Shown: piece after piece, positions 1 through 8,422 of the stretch
Layout of the letters: every line of letters begins with the position of its first letter
Position numbering within the stretch: the stretch's first letter is position 1
NCBI GenBank assembly: GCA_902800645.1
Contig: CADCFC010000002.1
Location: 8,436 to 72,435, forward strand
DNA: 64,000 nt
Direction: 5' to 3'
Source: an uncultured Erysipelotrichaceae bacterium
GTDB taxonomy: Bacteria; Bacillota_I; Bacilli_A; RFN20; CAG-826
Notes under the pieces: generated by a model
Told to the model about the DNA's origin: nothing
What the model saw: the letters and a program-made list of their open reading frames with translations, nothing else
Database searches by the model: none
Translations under genes and position numbers: made by a program

Positions 1-1321
1 GTCCATTAATACAGCCAAATTGACAGGCCATACCTTCTAAGAAATTGAAGTCACAGCTAGGAGTACCAATTTTATTAAGGGCCATACGGATGTTATCAAG
101 TCCATCGCATTGCATTGGTTTTAAAGCAAAATCACTATTTTGTTCTTTAAGAGCTTCCTTAACCGCTTCGGTTAATCCACCTGCTCTAGCAAATATTCTT
201 CCATAATATGAGGCGTTATCAAGTTCACTACTTTCAAGCTTTTCAACATCGATCTCTTGAGCGTCAATTAATGCATTAAGTTCTTCAAATGTTAAAGTAT
301 AATCGACGTACTTTTTAACTTCTTCTAGTTTAACTTCTTGCTTTTTACTGACACATGGGCCAACAAAAACAATATGTGATTCTGGATGATTTTCTTTAAT
401 GTGTCTAGCAATACTCGCCATCGGAGATAAATTAGTAGAGACGTGCTCAAATAAATGTGGATAATTCTTTTTGATATAGGTCACAAATGTTGGACAGCAA
501 CTACTTGTTAATAAACCTTTTTCGGCGAGTTCTTTAGCTTCGTTATAAGAAACTATATCCGCACCTAAAGCTGCTTCCACCACACTAGTGAAGCCCACGA
601 GTTTAATCGCTGAAACAATTTTTCCTAATTCGATTGGTTTAAATTGAGTAGCAATAGAAGGAGCAACGATCGCAATTAATGGATATTTTTTACCCCAATG
701 ACTATCTTTAATTAACTTAATTACATCAGTGATTGATGATTTATCCATAATTGCACCAAATGGGCATTGATATACACAAGCGCCGCATTGAATACATTTA
801 GAATCATCGATTTTACAAGCGTAATCTTCATCCATTGATATGGCTTTAACTTTACAAGCTTGTTCGCAAGGTCTTTGAACGTTTTGAATCGCACTATATT
901 GACATGCTTTCGCGCACATTCCACAGTTAACGCATTTCTCCTTATCGATGACTGCGCTTCTTGTTTTTAAATCAAAAGTAATCGCTTTTTTAAAACAAGC
1001 ATGAATACATCTTTGAGCGATACATCCACGGCATCTATCAGTGACTGTATATCCACCTAAAGGACATTCATCACAAGCAATTTTAATAACTTCGACGACA
1101 TTATCAATATTCTTGTTTCCGCCTAAGGCAAGCTTCATTCTTTCTTCAACAATTGCTCTTTCTTTATAAATGCAGCAACGCATTGTTGGTTTTGGTCCTG
1201 GAACAATTCTTTTTGGAATATTGTAATATTCATCTAAAAGAGTGCCTTTAAAACTCGCTTTAGCAATTTCATATAATACTTTGTATTTAAGTTCTTGTAC
1301 TTGAGTGTCAAATTTATGCAT
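1..1321 (-). CDS. [FeFe]-hydrogenase-like protein (two [4Fe-4S] ferredoxin motifs plus H-cluster domain); 3' end cut by the window edge
   Basis: The minus-strand frame is open from ATG 1321-1319 (SD-like AAGGAAAAG upstream) to position 2. It is absent from the ORF track because no stop lies in the window. My translation starts MHKFDTQVQELKYKVLYEIAK. It contains CVNCGMCAKAC and CIQCGACVYQC, then H-cluster signatures TSSCCP, GPCVSKKQE and EGMACQFGCING. Confidence 0.8.
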   Translation of the reverse strand, partial: MHKFDTQVQELKYKVLYEIAKASFKGTLLDEYYNIPKRIVPGPKPTMRCCIYKERAIVEERMKLALGGNKNIDNVVEVIKIACDECPLGGYTVTDRCRGCIAQRCIHACFKKAITFDLKTRSAVIDKEKCVNCGMCAKACQYSAIQNVQRPCEQACKVKAISMDEDYACKIDDSKCIQCGACVYQCPFGAIMDKSSITDVIKLIKDSHWGKKYPLIAIVAPSIATQFKPIELGKIVSAIKLVGFTSVVEAALGADIVSYNEAKELAEKGLLTSSCCPTFVTYIKKNYPHLFEHVSTNLSPMASIARHIKENHPESHIVFVGPCVSKKQEVKLEEVKKYVDYTLTFEELNALIDAQEIDVEKLESSELDNASYYGRIFARAGGLTEAVKEALKEQNSDFALKPMQCDGLDNIRMALNKIGTPSCDFNFLEGMACQFGCING

Positions 1322-1420
1322 AATCTTTTCCTTTAGCCTGCCTTATTTTACTTTATAAGTAACTTATTAGATAGAACAAAAATTATAATATAATAAATTA
1401 CTTGATTACATCAAATAATT

Positions 1421-3178
1421 TTAATCTTCTAAGAATTGTAGCATGTATAGATTATAGTAGTAACCTTCTTTAGCAATTAACTCTTCATGAGATCCACTTT
1501 CAATAATTTCTCCATGCGATAAAACGATAATCTTATCCGCATTCTGAATCGTTGAAAGTCGATGTGCGACGATAAGCATTGTTCCAATATTTGAAATATT
1601 CACTAAAGAATTTTGAATGATATGTTCTGTTTCTGTATCAATATTAGCGGTCGCTTCATCAAGAATCATAATTTGTGGCTTATGAATTATAGTTCTCGCA
1701 AATGAGAGGAGTTGTCTTTGACCGGTGGAGAAATTTTCTCCTCTTTCAACAATATTCTCATTTATTCCATTATCGAGTTTATTAATAAAACTATCCGCAT
1801 TAACATAAGTAATCGCATCAATAATTTCTTTATCACTATATGAATCATCAAATAAGGTAATATTATCTTTGATCGTGCCGGTAAATAAGAAGACATCTTG
1901 AAGCATTTGTCCGATTCCTCTTCTTAATGAAGAGATAGAGATATCATTAATATCAATATCATCGATCAAAATCTGTCCTTTTTGGATTTCAAAATTACGA
2001 ACAATTAAATTTAAAATTGTCGTCTTTCCGCTTCCCGTTGCCCCAACAAAAGCAACAGTCTCTTTAGGATTAATCACAAATGAAACATCTTTTAAAATAT
2101 AGTCTTCATTTTCATAAGCGAAATAGACATGCTTAAATTCAATCTTTCCTTTAAATTCATTAATCTCTATCGCGCCGTCTTTATCCACTACTTCGGGTTT
2201 GATATCTAATAAGTTATATAATCGCTCAATCGCACTTATCGCTCTAGTTACGTGATTAAGTGAATCAGCGAGAGATTGAACCGGTTCAAAGAAATAATTC
2301 AAGAAGAGATAGAAAGAAACAATAACTCCAGCAGTTAAATTAAGCTTAACTCCTAAATAAATAATAAGAGCGATAGTTAATATGTATATTAAAGACACTA
2401 AAGGACGATAGATAGAAAAAGCAATTGTCACTTTATATTTAGTTTTGAAATATTCATGATTCTTTTTCTCAAATATATCTTCATATTTCTTTTCTTTTTT
2501 AAATAGTTGAATAATCTTCATTCCAGATAAAGTTTCATTCAAAAATGAATTGAGATCAGAAATCTGCGCTCTTTCTTTATGGAAGGTTTTATGAACATCT
2601 TTCGAGAAGAAATAAGAAATGATAAAGATTAAACCAACAATAGACGCTAGTATAAGTCCGAGATATGGGGAAAGAATAAGCATCCAAATATAAACAACCA
2701 CTACCGTTAATGAATCGCGGATAATTCTCACTAAAGTATCAGTAAAGAATTCGCTTAATTGAGATGTGTAATTACATACTCTAGTCACAAGTGAGCCAAC
2801 CGCCATATCATTAAATTGATTTTGTGACATCGACTCAATATGAGCGAAGACTTCCATTCTTAAAGAATAAACAATTCTTTGACCGGCTTTAGTTAATATC
2901 ATGCTTTCAATAAATAAGAAGGTCTGAGAAAGAACAGAAGCAAATAAAACCGAAAGAGCGATCAATATAATCGTTCTTAAATTAATATTCTCAATTGGTC
3001 CAGTAATATAATCGGTAAATAAACCTGTAATTCTAGGGGTGATTACTCCAAGAAAAACATTTAAAAGAATAAAGAAGAAAGAGATGATGAACGCTAATCT
3101 TTCTTTTTTAACATATTTCCACGTTCTTTTAATGAGAACGTTTTGAGGAATTTTCTTCTGTTTTAAAAGATCCATCAT
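1421..3178 (-). CDS. ABC exporter, fused permease/ATP-binding subunit (type I exporter half-transporter)
   Basis: 585 aa with an N-terminal 6-TM-like region. Walker A GATGSGKTT, signature FSTGQRQLLSFAR, Walker B MILDEATANID. Its start overlaps the stop of the upstream paralogue (ATGA). Confidence 0.9.
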   Translation of the reverse strand: MMDLLKQKKIPQNVLIKRTWKYVKKERLAFIISFFFILLNVFLGVITPRITGLFTDYITGPIENINLRTIILIALSVLFASVLSQTFLFIESMILTKAGQRIVYSLRMEVFAHIESMSQNQFNDMAVGSLVTRVCNYTSQLSEFFTDTLVRIIRDSLTVVVVYIWMLILSPYLGLILASIVGLIFIISYFFSKDVHKTFHKERAQISDLNSFLNETLSGMKIIQLFKKEKKYEDIFEKKNHEYFKTKYKVTIAFSIYRPLVSLIYILTIALIIYLGVKLNLTAGVIVSFYLFLNYFFEPVQSLADSLNHVTRAISAIERLYNLLDIKPEVVDKDGAIEINEFKGKIEFKHVYFAYENEDYILKDVSFVINPKETVAFVGATGSGKTTILNLIVRNFEIQKGQILIDDIDINDISISSLRRGIGQMLQDVFLFTGTIKDNITLFDDSYSDKEIIDAITYVNADSFINKLDNGINENIVERGENFSTGQRQLLSFARTIIHKPQIMILDEATANIDTETEHIIQNSLVNISNIGTMLIVAHRLSTIQNADKIIVLSHGEIIESGSHEELIAKEGYYYNLYMLQFLED

Positions 3179-4971
3179 TTCTCTCCTTTCTTATAACTTA
3201 ATTTCTGTAATAAAACCATGCGAGAGAATGTCTCACTAGTTGATAGTAAATTATTAGGAGTGTCAAAAGCTTCAAGCTTGCCTTTGTTTAATACAATAAT
3301 CTTATCCGCTTTCATAACTGTAGAAACGCGAGATGCGACAATGATTGTGGTTTTATCTTTTCTCATCTTTTTAAGATTAGAAAGAATTGTTTTTTCAGTC
3401 TTTAAATCAACCGCACTAACGACATCATCAAGGATTAATATTGGACTATCTTTATAGTAGGCTCTCGCCAAAGAGATACGTTGTTTTTGTCCGCCGGAAA
3501 TAGTCGCTCCATTTTCCGCAATAACTGTATTCTCTTTATTAGGAAATTCATCAATGTCTTTTTTAACATCACTACTAATTAAAGCTTCTAAAAATTTATC
3601 TTCATCAAATTCAGTATCACTAAAAGTGATATTCTCCTTAATTGACCCAGAAAAGAGGAAATTATCTTGAGGAGAAAAACTGATTCCATCTCTAAGAGAT
3701 TCAAGTTTAATATTCATGATATCAACGTCATCAAAATAAATAGAATTTTCTTTAACGTTATATAGTCTAGCTAAACAGTTCACTAATGTGGATTTACCGC
3801 TTCCAATAGCTCCGACCACACCGATAGTGTCTCCCCTATTTATTTTTAACGAAATATTAGAAAGAACTTCCTTATCACTATTAGGGTATGTGAATGAAAA
3901 GTCATTAAGAGTAATATCTCCACTTAATTTATGAGATATTGCATCTTCTTTATCTTTAATAGTAATTTCTAAGTCTAAGAAATTAGCGATTCTTAAGTAG
4001 GAAGTCTTCGCTTTTGAAAATCTAGTCACTACTTGACCAAGCGCAATCATTGGCCAAATTAAGGCAAAGAAATAACCAAGGAAGGTCACAAGTTCACCCG
4101 CACCAATAACTATTGGTCGACCAAAAATATTAACTGGATTACCAGTGATAGTCGCATAGACAAAATAACCACCGAAACCTAAAATAATCGCCGCGATTAA
4201 ATAGATAATAATCTCAATTAAGACATCGAATAAAATTGAGATAAAGGTGAATCTAACATTAACATCTCTATTCTCTTTAGCAATCTTAGAGAATGTATGG
4301 ATTTGTTGCATTTCTTTAACAAACGCTTTGATTACTCTTATGCCAGTAAAGTTTTCTTGAGTGAAATCATATAAAGTGTCGTTACTTTCCTGTCTTAGTC
4401 TCCATCTTTCAGACATCACTTTTTGACAGAAAAACGCCCATATCGCGATTAAAAAGATTGGGATAAAGGCAATAATCGCTAAAGAGTAATTTAGTATAAA
4501 CATCTTGCTTAAAGCAAGAAATGTTAAAAACACTCCATCAACCACCATGAGACTACCCCAGCCCAAAAACTCTTCGATAGTCTCTAAATCATTAGTGGCC
4601 CAAGACATAATGTTACCGACTTTTTCATTATGATAAAAAGTCACATCGAGCTCTTCAGCTTTTAAAAACATTTCTTTTCTTAAATGTTCTTCAATCTTTT
4701 TAGAAGCATAAAAAAGTGTCAGTCTCCAAAGCACTCTACCAAGAAACATCACTACTGCAATAATAACTGTATGAATAATTGTCCACTTAAAAAATTCAGA
4801 AGTTAAATCGATCGTTCCTTTATTATTTAACTCGTTAACAAGACCGCCAATGATTTCAGGAATACGTAATTGGAATATATCAACAGTGACTAAAGAAAGA
4901 ACGCCTAAAATAAAAAAGATAAGGTATCTTAAATAATATTTTCTAACGTGCTTCCCCCAGAGTAAAAACAT
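3175..4971 (-). CDS. ABC exporter, fused permease/ATP-binding subunit (probable heterodimer partner of 1421..3178)
   Basis: 598 aa. Walker A GAIGSGKST, signature ISGGQKQRISLARA, Walker B LILDDVVSAVD. Overlapping stop/start on both sides indicates an operon. Confidence 0.9.
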   Translation of the reverse strand: MFLLWGKHVRKYYLRYLIFFILGVLSLVTVDIFQLRIPEIIGGLVNELNNKGTIDLTSEFFKWTIIHTVIIAVVMFLGRVLWRLTLFYASKKIEEHLRKEMFLKAEELDVTFYHNEKVGNIMSWATNDLETIEEFLGWGSLMVVDGVFLTFLALSKMFILNYSLAIIAFIPIFLIAIWAFFCQKVMSERWRLRQESNDTLYDFTQENFTGIRVIKAFVKEMQQIHTFSKIAKENRDVNVRFTFISILFDVLIEIIIYLIAAIILGFGGYFVYATITGNPVNIFGRPIVIGAGELVTFLGYFFALIWPMIALGQVVTRFSKAKTSYLRIANFLDLEITIKDKEDAISHKLSGDITLNDFSFTYPNSDKEVLSNISLKINRGDTIGVVGAIGSGKSTLVNCLARLYNVKENSIYFDDVDIMNIKLESLRDGISFSPQDNFLFSGSIKENITFSDTEFDEDKFLEALISSDVKKDIDEFPNKENTVIAENGATISGGQKQRISLARAYYKDSPILILDDVVSAVDLKTEKTILSNLKKMRKDKTTIIVASRVSTVMKADKIIVLNKGKLEAFDTPNNLLSTSETFSRMVLLQKLSYKKGEK

Positions 4972-5471
4972 TAAGCATCCTTACTTTTATCTTTTCTAAT
5001 TACAAGTAAACCGATTAAGAAAGTGATACCACCAAAACCAATATAACCAGCAAAATCAATTAATGTATCAATAGGAGAAAAGAAACGATCTTTATGGAGC
5101 AATTGCAATAGTTCACTAGTGAACGCGATTAATAATCCAATAAATGCAGAAATGATTAATAATAGCCATCTATGCTCACGTAATAAATTCTTATAAAGCA
5201 TAAAACTTAAAGTAGTAAATATTCCACTTATTCCAAATAGACCAAAGTGTCCGACTAATTTCCTCACCAAATAATGAGTAGAATCAGGGTCAGTCACTAT
5301 TGGACTATTAGGGTCAATTCTTCTTACAAATTCAATAAATGCATTAGTGATTCCACCCGATTGGGCTCCACTTAAAGAACCACTCATCCCGCCTTCCACT
5401 AAAATGAAGACATTTGTGGCAATTGCTAATACAAGAAATATAATGAATAAAACTTTTTGTTTTGTGCCCAT
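4971..5471 (-). CDS. VanZ-like integral membrane protein
   Basis: 166 aa with 4 hydrophobic helices. It has a VanZ-type pattern: HFGLFG, then E..Q....R.....D...(N/D)..G in TSELLQLLHKDRFFSPIDTLIDFAGYIGFG. Its stop shares one nt with the ABC start (TAATG). Confidence 0.6.
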   Translation of the reverse strand: MGTKQKVLFIIFLVLAIATNVFILVEGGMSGSLSGAQSGGITNAFIEFVRRIDPNSPIVTDPDSTHYLVRKLVGHFGLFGISGIFTTLSFMLYKNLLREHRWLLLIISAFIGLLIAFTSELLQLLHKDRFFSPIDTLIDFAGYIGFGGITFLIGLLVIRKDKSKDA

Positions 5472-5509
5472 AAAGATATGAATAATTTTATATGAAAATT
5501 ATATCTAAG

Positions 5510-5518
5510 TGCTATAAT
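5510..5518 (+). promoter_or_regulatory. Extended -10 promoter element (TGcTATAAT) positioned for a leaderless or near-leaderless transcript of 5526..6644
   Basis: TGCTATAAT at 5510-5518. Only 7 nt (aatcact) separate it from ATG 5526 and there is no SD. The -35 region is poor. Confidence 0.35.
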
Positions 5519-5525
5519 AATCACT

Positions 5526-6644
5526 ATGACAAAAGAAAATATTCAAAAATTAATCGAAAAAGTTCTCGGAGAAGGAAGCGAAATCATCTCTCAAGTAACC
5601 GGAGGAATGATGAATATTTCTTATCTTTTAAAAGATAAGAGTGGCAAAAAATATATCATTTATATTCCTACTGAACAAGCTAATGAAATGGTTGATCGCC
5701 CATTAGAAAAAGAGCATCAAAGAATTGCTTATGAATTAGGAATAACTAGTAAGAACGTCTATTTTGATACTGAAAGTGGAATTAAAATCAACGAATACAT
5801 CGAAGGAAATTCATTAGATAAAGTCGAATTTTTTGATTATGACAAAGTCGCAAACTTATTTAGAAAACTTCATAACTCAATCATCTTAAGTAGAAGTGAC
5901 TACGCTCCATTTAATAGATTCGTTAACGAATACGAAAAAGAAGCAAAATCATTCCTAAAAGAAGAAGATCCAGAATATCAAGAGTTAAGAGATTTCTTAT
6001 TCTCAAAAAGAGATTTCTTAGAATCACAAAGACTAACTCTTTGCCATAACGATGCGCAAAGAAGTAATATCATTCTCTCAAATGATGAAGAATATTTCTT
6101 CATTGATTTTGAATTCGCAGGAAATAACGATCCAATTTATGATATCGCTGCCTTTGGTAATGGAAGAGTTAGTGAAGGAAGAAAACTATTAGAAAAATAT
6201 TTCAATAATAACCCAAGCGATAATGACATTAAGCGTTTCTACTTATGGAGAATTTATATCTCCTTGCAGTGGTATAACGTTGCAATAACTAAACACTATC
6301 GCGGAGAAGGGGAAAAACATAACTTTAACTTCTTAGATGTCGCCGCGCATTTCTTAGCAAATGCTAAAGACGCTTACGAAGGATATCATCGAGAAATTAA
6401 AGAAGAGATTGTTGATGATGACACTGTTAGATTAATTGTCACTACACTAGATAAAGTTAGACATTTCTTAAGAAAAGATGGAGGAGACTGCGAATTCGTT
6501 TCCTTTAAAGATGGAATTGTCTATGTTAGAATGCACGGAGCTTGCCAAGGCTGTTCTTATGCATATAATGACATCAAAGATTTAGTAGAAGTAATTTTAC
6601 AGGAAGAAGTTCCTGGAGTGGTCGAAGTAAGACTATACGAATAA
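5526..6644 (+). CDS. Fusion protein: choline/ethanolamine-kinase-like (APH-fold) phosphotransferase plus C-terminal NifU/Nfu-type Fe-S scaffold domain
   Basis: 372 aa. Kinase motifs are CHNDAQRSNIIL (Brenner-type HNDxxxxN) and IDFEFAGNNDPIYDIA. The last ~75 aa, LDKVRHFLRKDGGDCEFVSFKDGIVYVRMHGACQGCSYA...VPGVVEV, match the NifU C-terminal domain pattern including CxxC. Confidence 0.7.
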   Translation: MTKENIQKLIEKVLGEGSEIISQVTGGMMNISYLLKDKSGKKYIIYIPTEQANEMVDRPLEKEHQRIAYELGITSKNVYFDTESGIKINEYIEGNSLDKVEFFDYDKVANLFRKLHNSIILSRSDYAPFNRFVNEYEKEAKSFLKEEDPEYQELRDFLFSKRDFLESQRLTLCHNDAQRSNIILSNDEEYFFIDFEFAGNNDPIYDIAAFGNGRVSEGRKLLEKYFNNNPSDNDIKRFYLWRIYISLQWYNVAITKHYRGEGEKHNFNFLDVAAHFLANAKDAYEGYHREIKEEIVDDDTVRLIVTTLDKVRHFLRKDGGDCEFVSFKDGIVYVRMHGACQGCSYAYNDIKDLVEVILQEEVPGVVEVRLYE

Positions 6645-6645
6645 T

Positions 6646-6720
6646 TGGGGTATAGCCAAGCGGTAAGGCATCGGCCTCTGACTCCGACATTCCTTGGTTC
6701 GATCCCAAGTACCCCAGCCA
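6646..6720 (+). tRNA. tRNA-Gln (anticodon CUG), CCA encoded
   Basis: 75-nt cloverleaf folded by hand. Acceptor TGGGGTA/TACCCCA with the U1-A72 typical of bacterial tRNA-Gln, discriminator G, CCA. T-arm CTTGG-TTCGATC-CCAAG; anticodon loop CT-CTG-AC. The D-arm GCCAAGCGGTAAGGC is near-identical to Bacillus tRNA-Gln. There is one C-T mismatch at the base of the anticodon stem. Confidence 0.85.
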
Positions 6721-6731
6721 AAATAAAAAAT

Positions 6732-6751
6732 ACCATGGCATATGCCATGGT
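6732..6751. terminator. Bidirectional rho-independent terminator (perfect 20-nt palindrome)
   Basis: ACCATGGCATATGCCATGGT is flanked by an A-run upstream and TTTT downstream. It lies between the convergent tRNA-Gln (+) and CDS 6756..7604 (-). Confidence 0.6.
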
Positions 6752-6755
6752 TTTC

Positions 6756-7604
6756 TTATTCATCAATGTAAGGAGTTAATTCATAACCCTTCTTTTTAAG
6801 TTTATCAACCTTCTTATCTAAGTAAGGTCTAAAAAGATTATTGAACCATTTCTTATTTCCAAAATGTTTAACAATCTTTGGTGAAGTTGCGTAATATAGC
6901 TTAATAAATAAACGTCCATAACTATGTTTCTTCAAATATTGGTCACGGTATCTTCTTAAGCACCAAACTTCAGGACAATCATATGATTTATATACACAAG
7001 TAGCGATATAACAACCTCCACTACTTTTTGTTTCACTGCTAGCAACGTTTTCTTTACCGTAGCACGTATTCATATATTCTTTGCCCATGCACATTTTAAA
7101 GCGTGTCATGTGGTTATCAGAAATAGTAATATCCGCTTTAGCGGCTTTGTACTGTGAATAGATACCACTAGCGAATTTAAAGATTGGAATGAAATCGATT
7201 ACTTCCTTATCATAGAACTCTTTTTGTTCTTCTTTATATTTGTTCAAAAAGTAATTTGAGATGGTTTCTTGCGCGTTATCTACATTAAAATATTTTGAAA
7301 ATTCAATTAAATCATCCTTATCAAATTTGTGAGTAGGTCGAGTAATAAAATCATATACTGCGGAAAACATCATGTAGTTAGCAACTTCAAATTTGGTTTG
7401 AAGAGATAAACCACCTTCCATTAAATAAGCTTTAATTGATGGATTAACATTAGTGAAAATATGATGTTCAAAGTTTTCATCCTTTAAATTTCTTAATCCT
7501 TCAATATCTACGGTCACTCTTAAATATAAGTCACTAGAAAGGCCGGATAAATATTGTTTAAAGTTAACTATTTCAGCGCCGAAATCTTTAGATAAATCAA
7601 ACAT
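6756..7604 (-). CDS. Hypothetical cytoplasmic protein with Cys-rich C-terminal module
   Basis: 282 aa with a strong SD (AGGAGAAG) before ATG 7604. I do not recognise the N-terminal ~190 aa. The C-terminus is GGCYIATCVYKSYDCPEVWCLRRYRDQYLKKHSYGRLFIKLYYATSPKIV. No signal peptide or TM helix. Confidence 0.6.
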   Translation of the reverse strand: MFDLSKDFGAEIVNFKQYLSGLSSDLYLRVTVDIEGLRNLKDENFEHHIFTNVNPSIKAYLMEGGLSLQTKFEVANYMMFSAVYDFITRPTHKFDKDDLIEFSKYFNVDNAQETISNYFLNKYKEEQKEFYDKEVIDFIPIFKFASGIYSQYKAAKADITISDNHMTRFKMCMGKEYMNTCYGKENVASSETKSSGGCYIATCVYKSYDCPEVWCLRRYRDQYLKKHSYGRLFIKLYYATSPKIVKHFGNKKWFNNLFRPYLDKKVDKLKKKGYELTPYIDE

Positions 7605-7642
7605 AATCTTCTCCTATATATAAAAAGCCTCTAATAGGCATT

Positions 7643-8422
7643 TTATTTCATGAAATTTTCTTTTCTATTGCAAACTATATAGCCGTTGCGGTTATAGACA
7701 TCTTTACGGTTATAAGTAATCTCATCACCATTAGGTTCAACAAATATTCCACCAGCTTCCATAACGATTAATTGACAAGCGGCAGTATCCCATTCTTTTG
7801 TATTAGGAGAAGAACGGAATGTAATCTCCGCTAAGCCGTGTGCAATCGCACAAGGTTTAAGAGAACTACCACGTTTCATTAAGTGTTTAATTTTATCGCT
7901 GTGACGATTGATGAAATCTTGTTCATCCTGAGTGAAGTGGAAGACACTAGTTAACATTGTTAAATCTTCTGTCTTATCGTTAACGTGAATTCTTACTGGT
8001 TTCTCATCACCCTTTTGGAAAAACGCTCCATTATTTTCACTAGCGAAATATATTTCATTAAGTGCAGGAGCAATAACTACTCCAACCACTAAACGATGTT
8101 TATAGCTTAGAGCAATATTAGTAGTAAACTGACCATCTTTAGCGACGAAATCTTTAGTGCCGTCAACTGGATCAACAATCCAAACAAAATCATTATTTAA
8201 TCTATCTAGATTATCAGTGCTTTCCTCGGTTAAAAATGCATGAGTTGGGAATGCTTTATGGAGATGTTCACGAATAATCTTATCAGCCGCCTTATCAGCG
8301 TCAGTCACAGGAGAGTTATCGCTTTTGATTTCAACATCAAAGCCTTTTTCGTAAAACTCCATGATTTTTGCTTTCGCTTTTAATCCAGCTTTAATCGCTT
8401 CTTGTAATTCATTCTCCCACAT
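7643..8422 (-). CDS. cysQ: Inositol-monophosphatase-superfamily enzyme, CysQ-like 3'(2'),5'-bisphosphate nucleotidase
   Basis: 259 aa. Motifs: PVTDADKAAD, WIVDPVDGTKDF, SSLKPCAIAHGLAE and EWDTAACQLIVMEAGG, the CysQ-type WDTAAG pattern. Confidence 0.75.
   Translation of the reverse strand: MWENELQEAIKAGLKAKAKIMEFYEKGFDVEIKSDNSPVTDADKAADKIIREHLHKAFPTHAFLTEESTDNLDRLNNDFVWIVDPVDGTKDFVAKDGQFTTNIALSYKHRLVVGVVIAPALNEIYFASENNGAFFQKGDEKPVRIHVNDKTEDLTMLTSVFHFTQDEQDFINRHSDKIKHLMKRGSSLKPCAIAHGLAEITFRSSPNTKEWDTAACQLIVMEAGGIFVEPNGDEITYNRKDVYNRNGYIVCNRKENFMK

Noticed and set aside
721-924. 67-aa ORF, the only track entry in the first 1.3 kb
   Set aside because: It is an internal out-of-frame ORF. The real gene is the hydrogenase frame that runs off the window edge and is therefore missing from the track.
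1402-1414. Canonical FNR/CRP box upstream of the hydrogenase gene
   Set aside because: The half-sites match TTGAT/ATCAA but the spacer is 3 nt, not the canonical 4 nt. It is reported only as an unexplained palindrome.
6557-6766. 69-aa minus-strand ORF
   Set aside because: It overlaps the whole tRNA-Gln gene and the end of the kinase-NifU CDS, so it is an artefact.
6646-7642. Possible integrated mobile element or defence island at tRNA-Gln
   Set aside because: Only one orphan gene follows the tRNA. I saw no integrase, no direct repeat of the tRNA 3' end and no compositional break. I kept it only as an orphan-gene finding.
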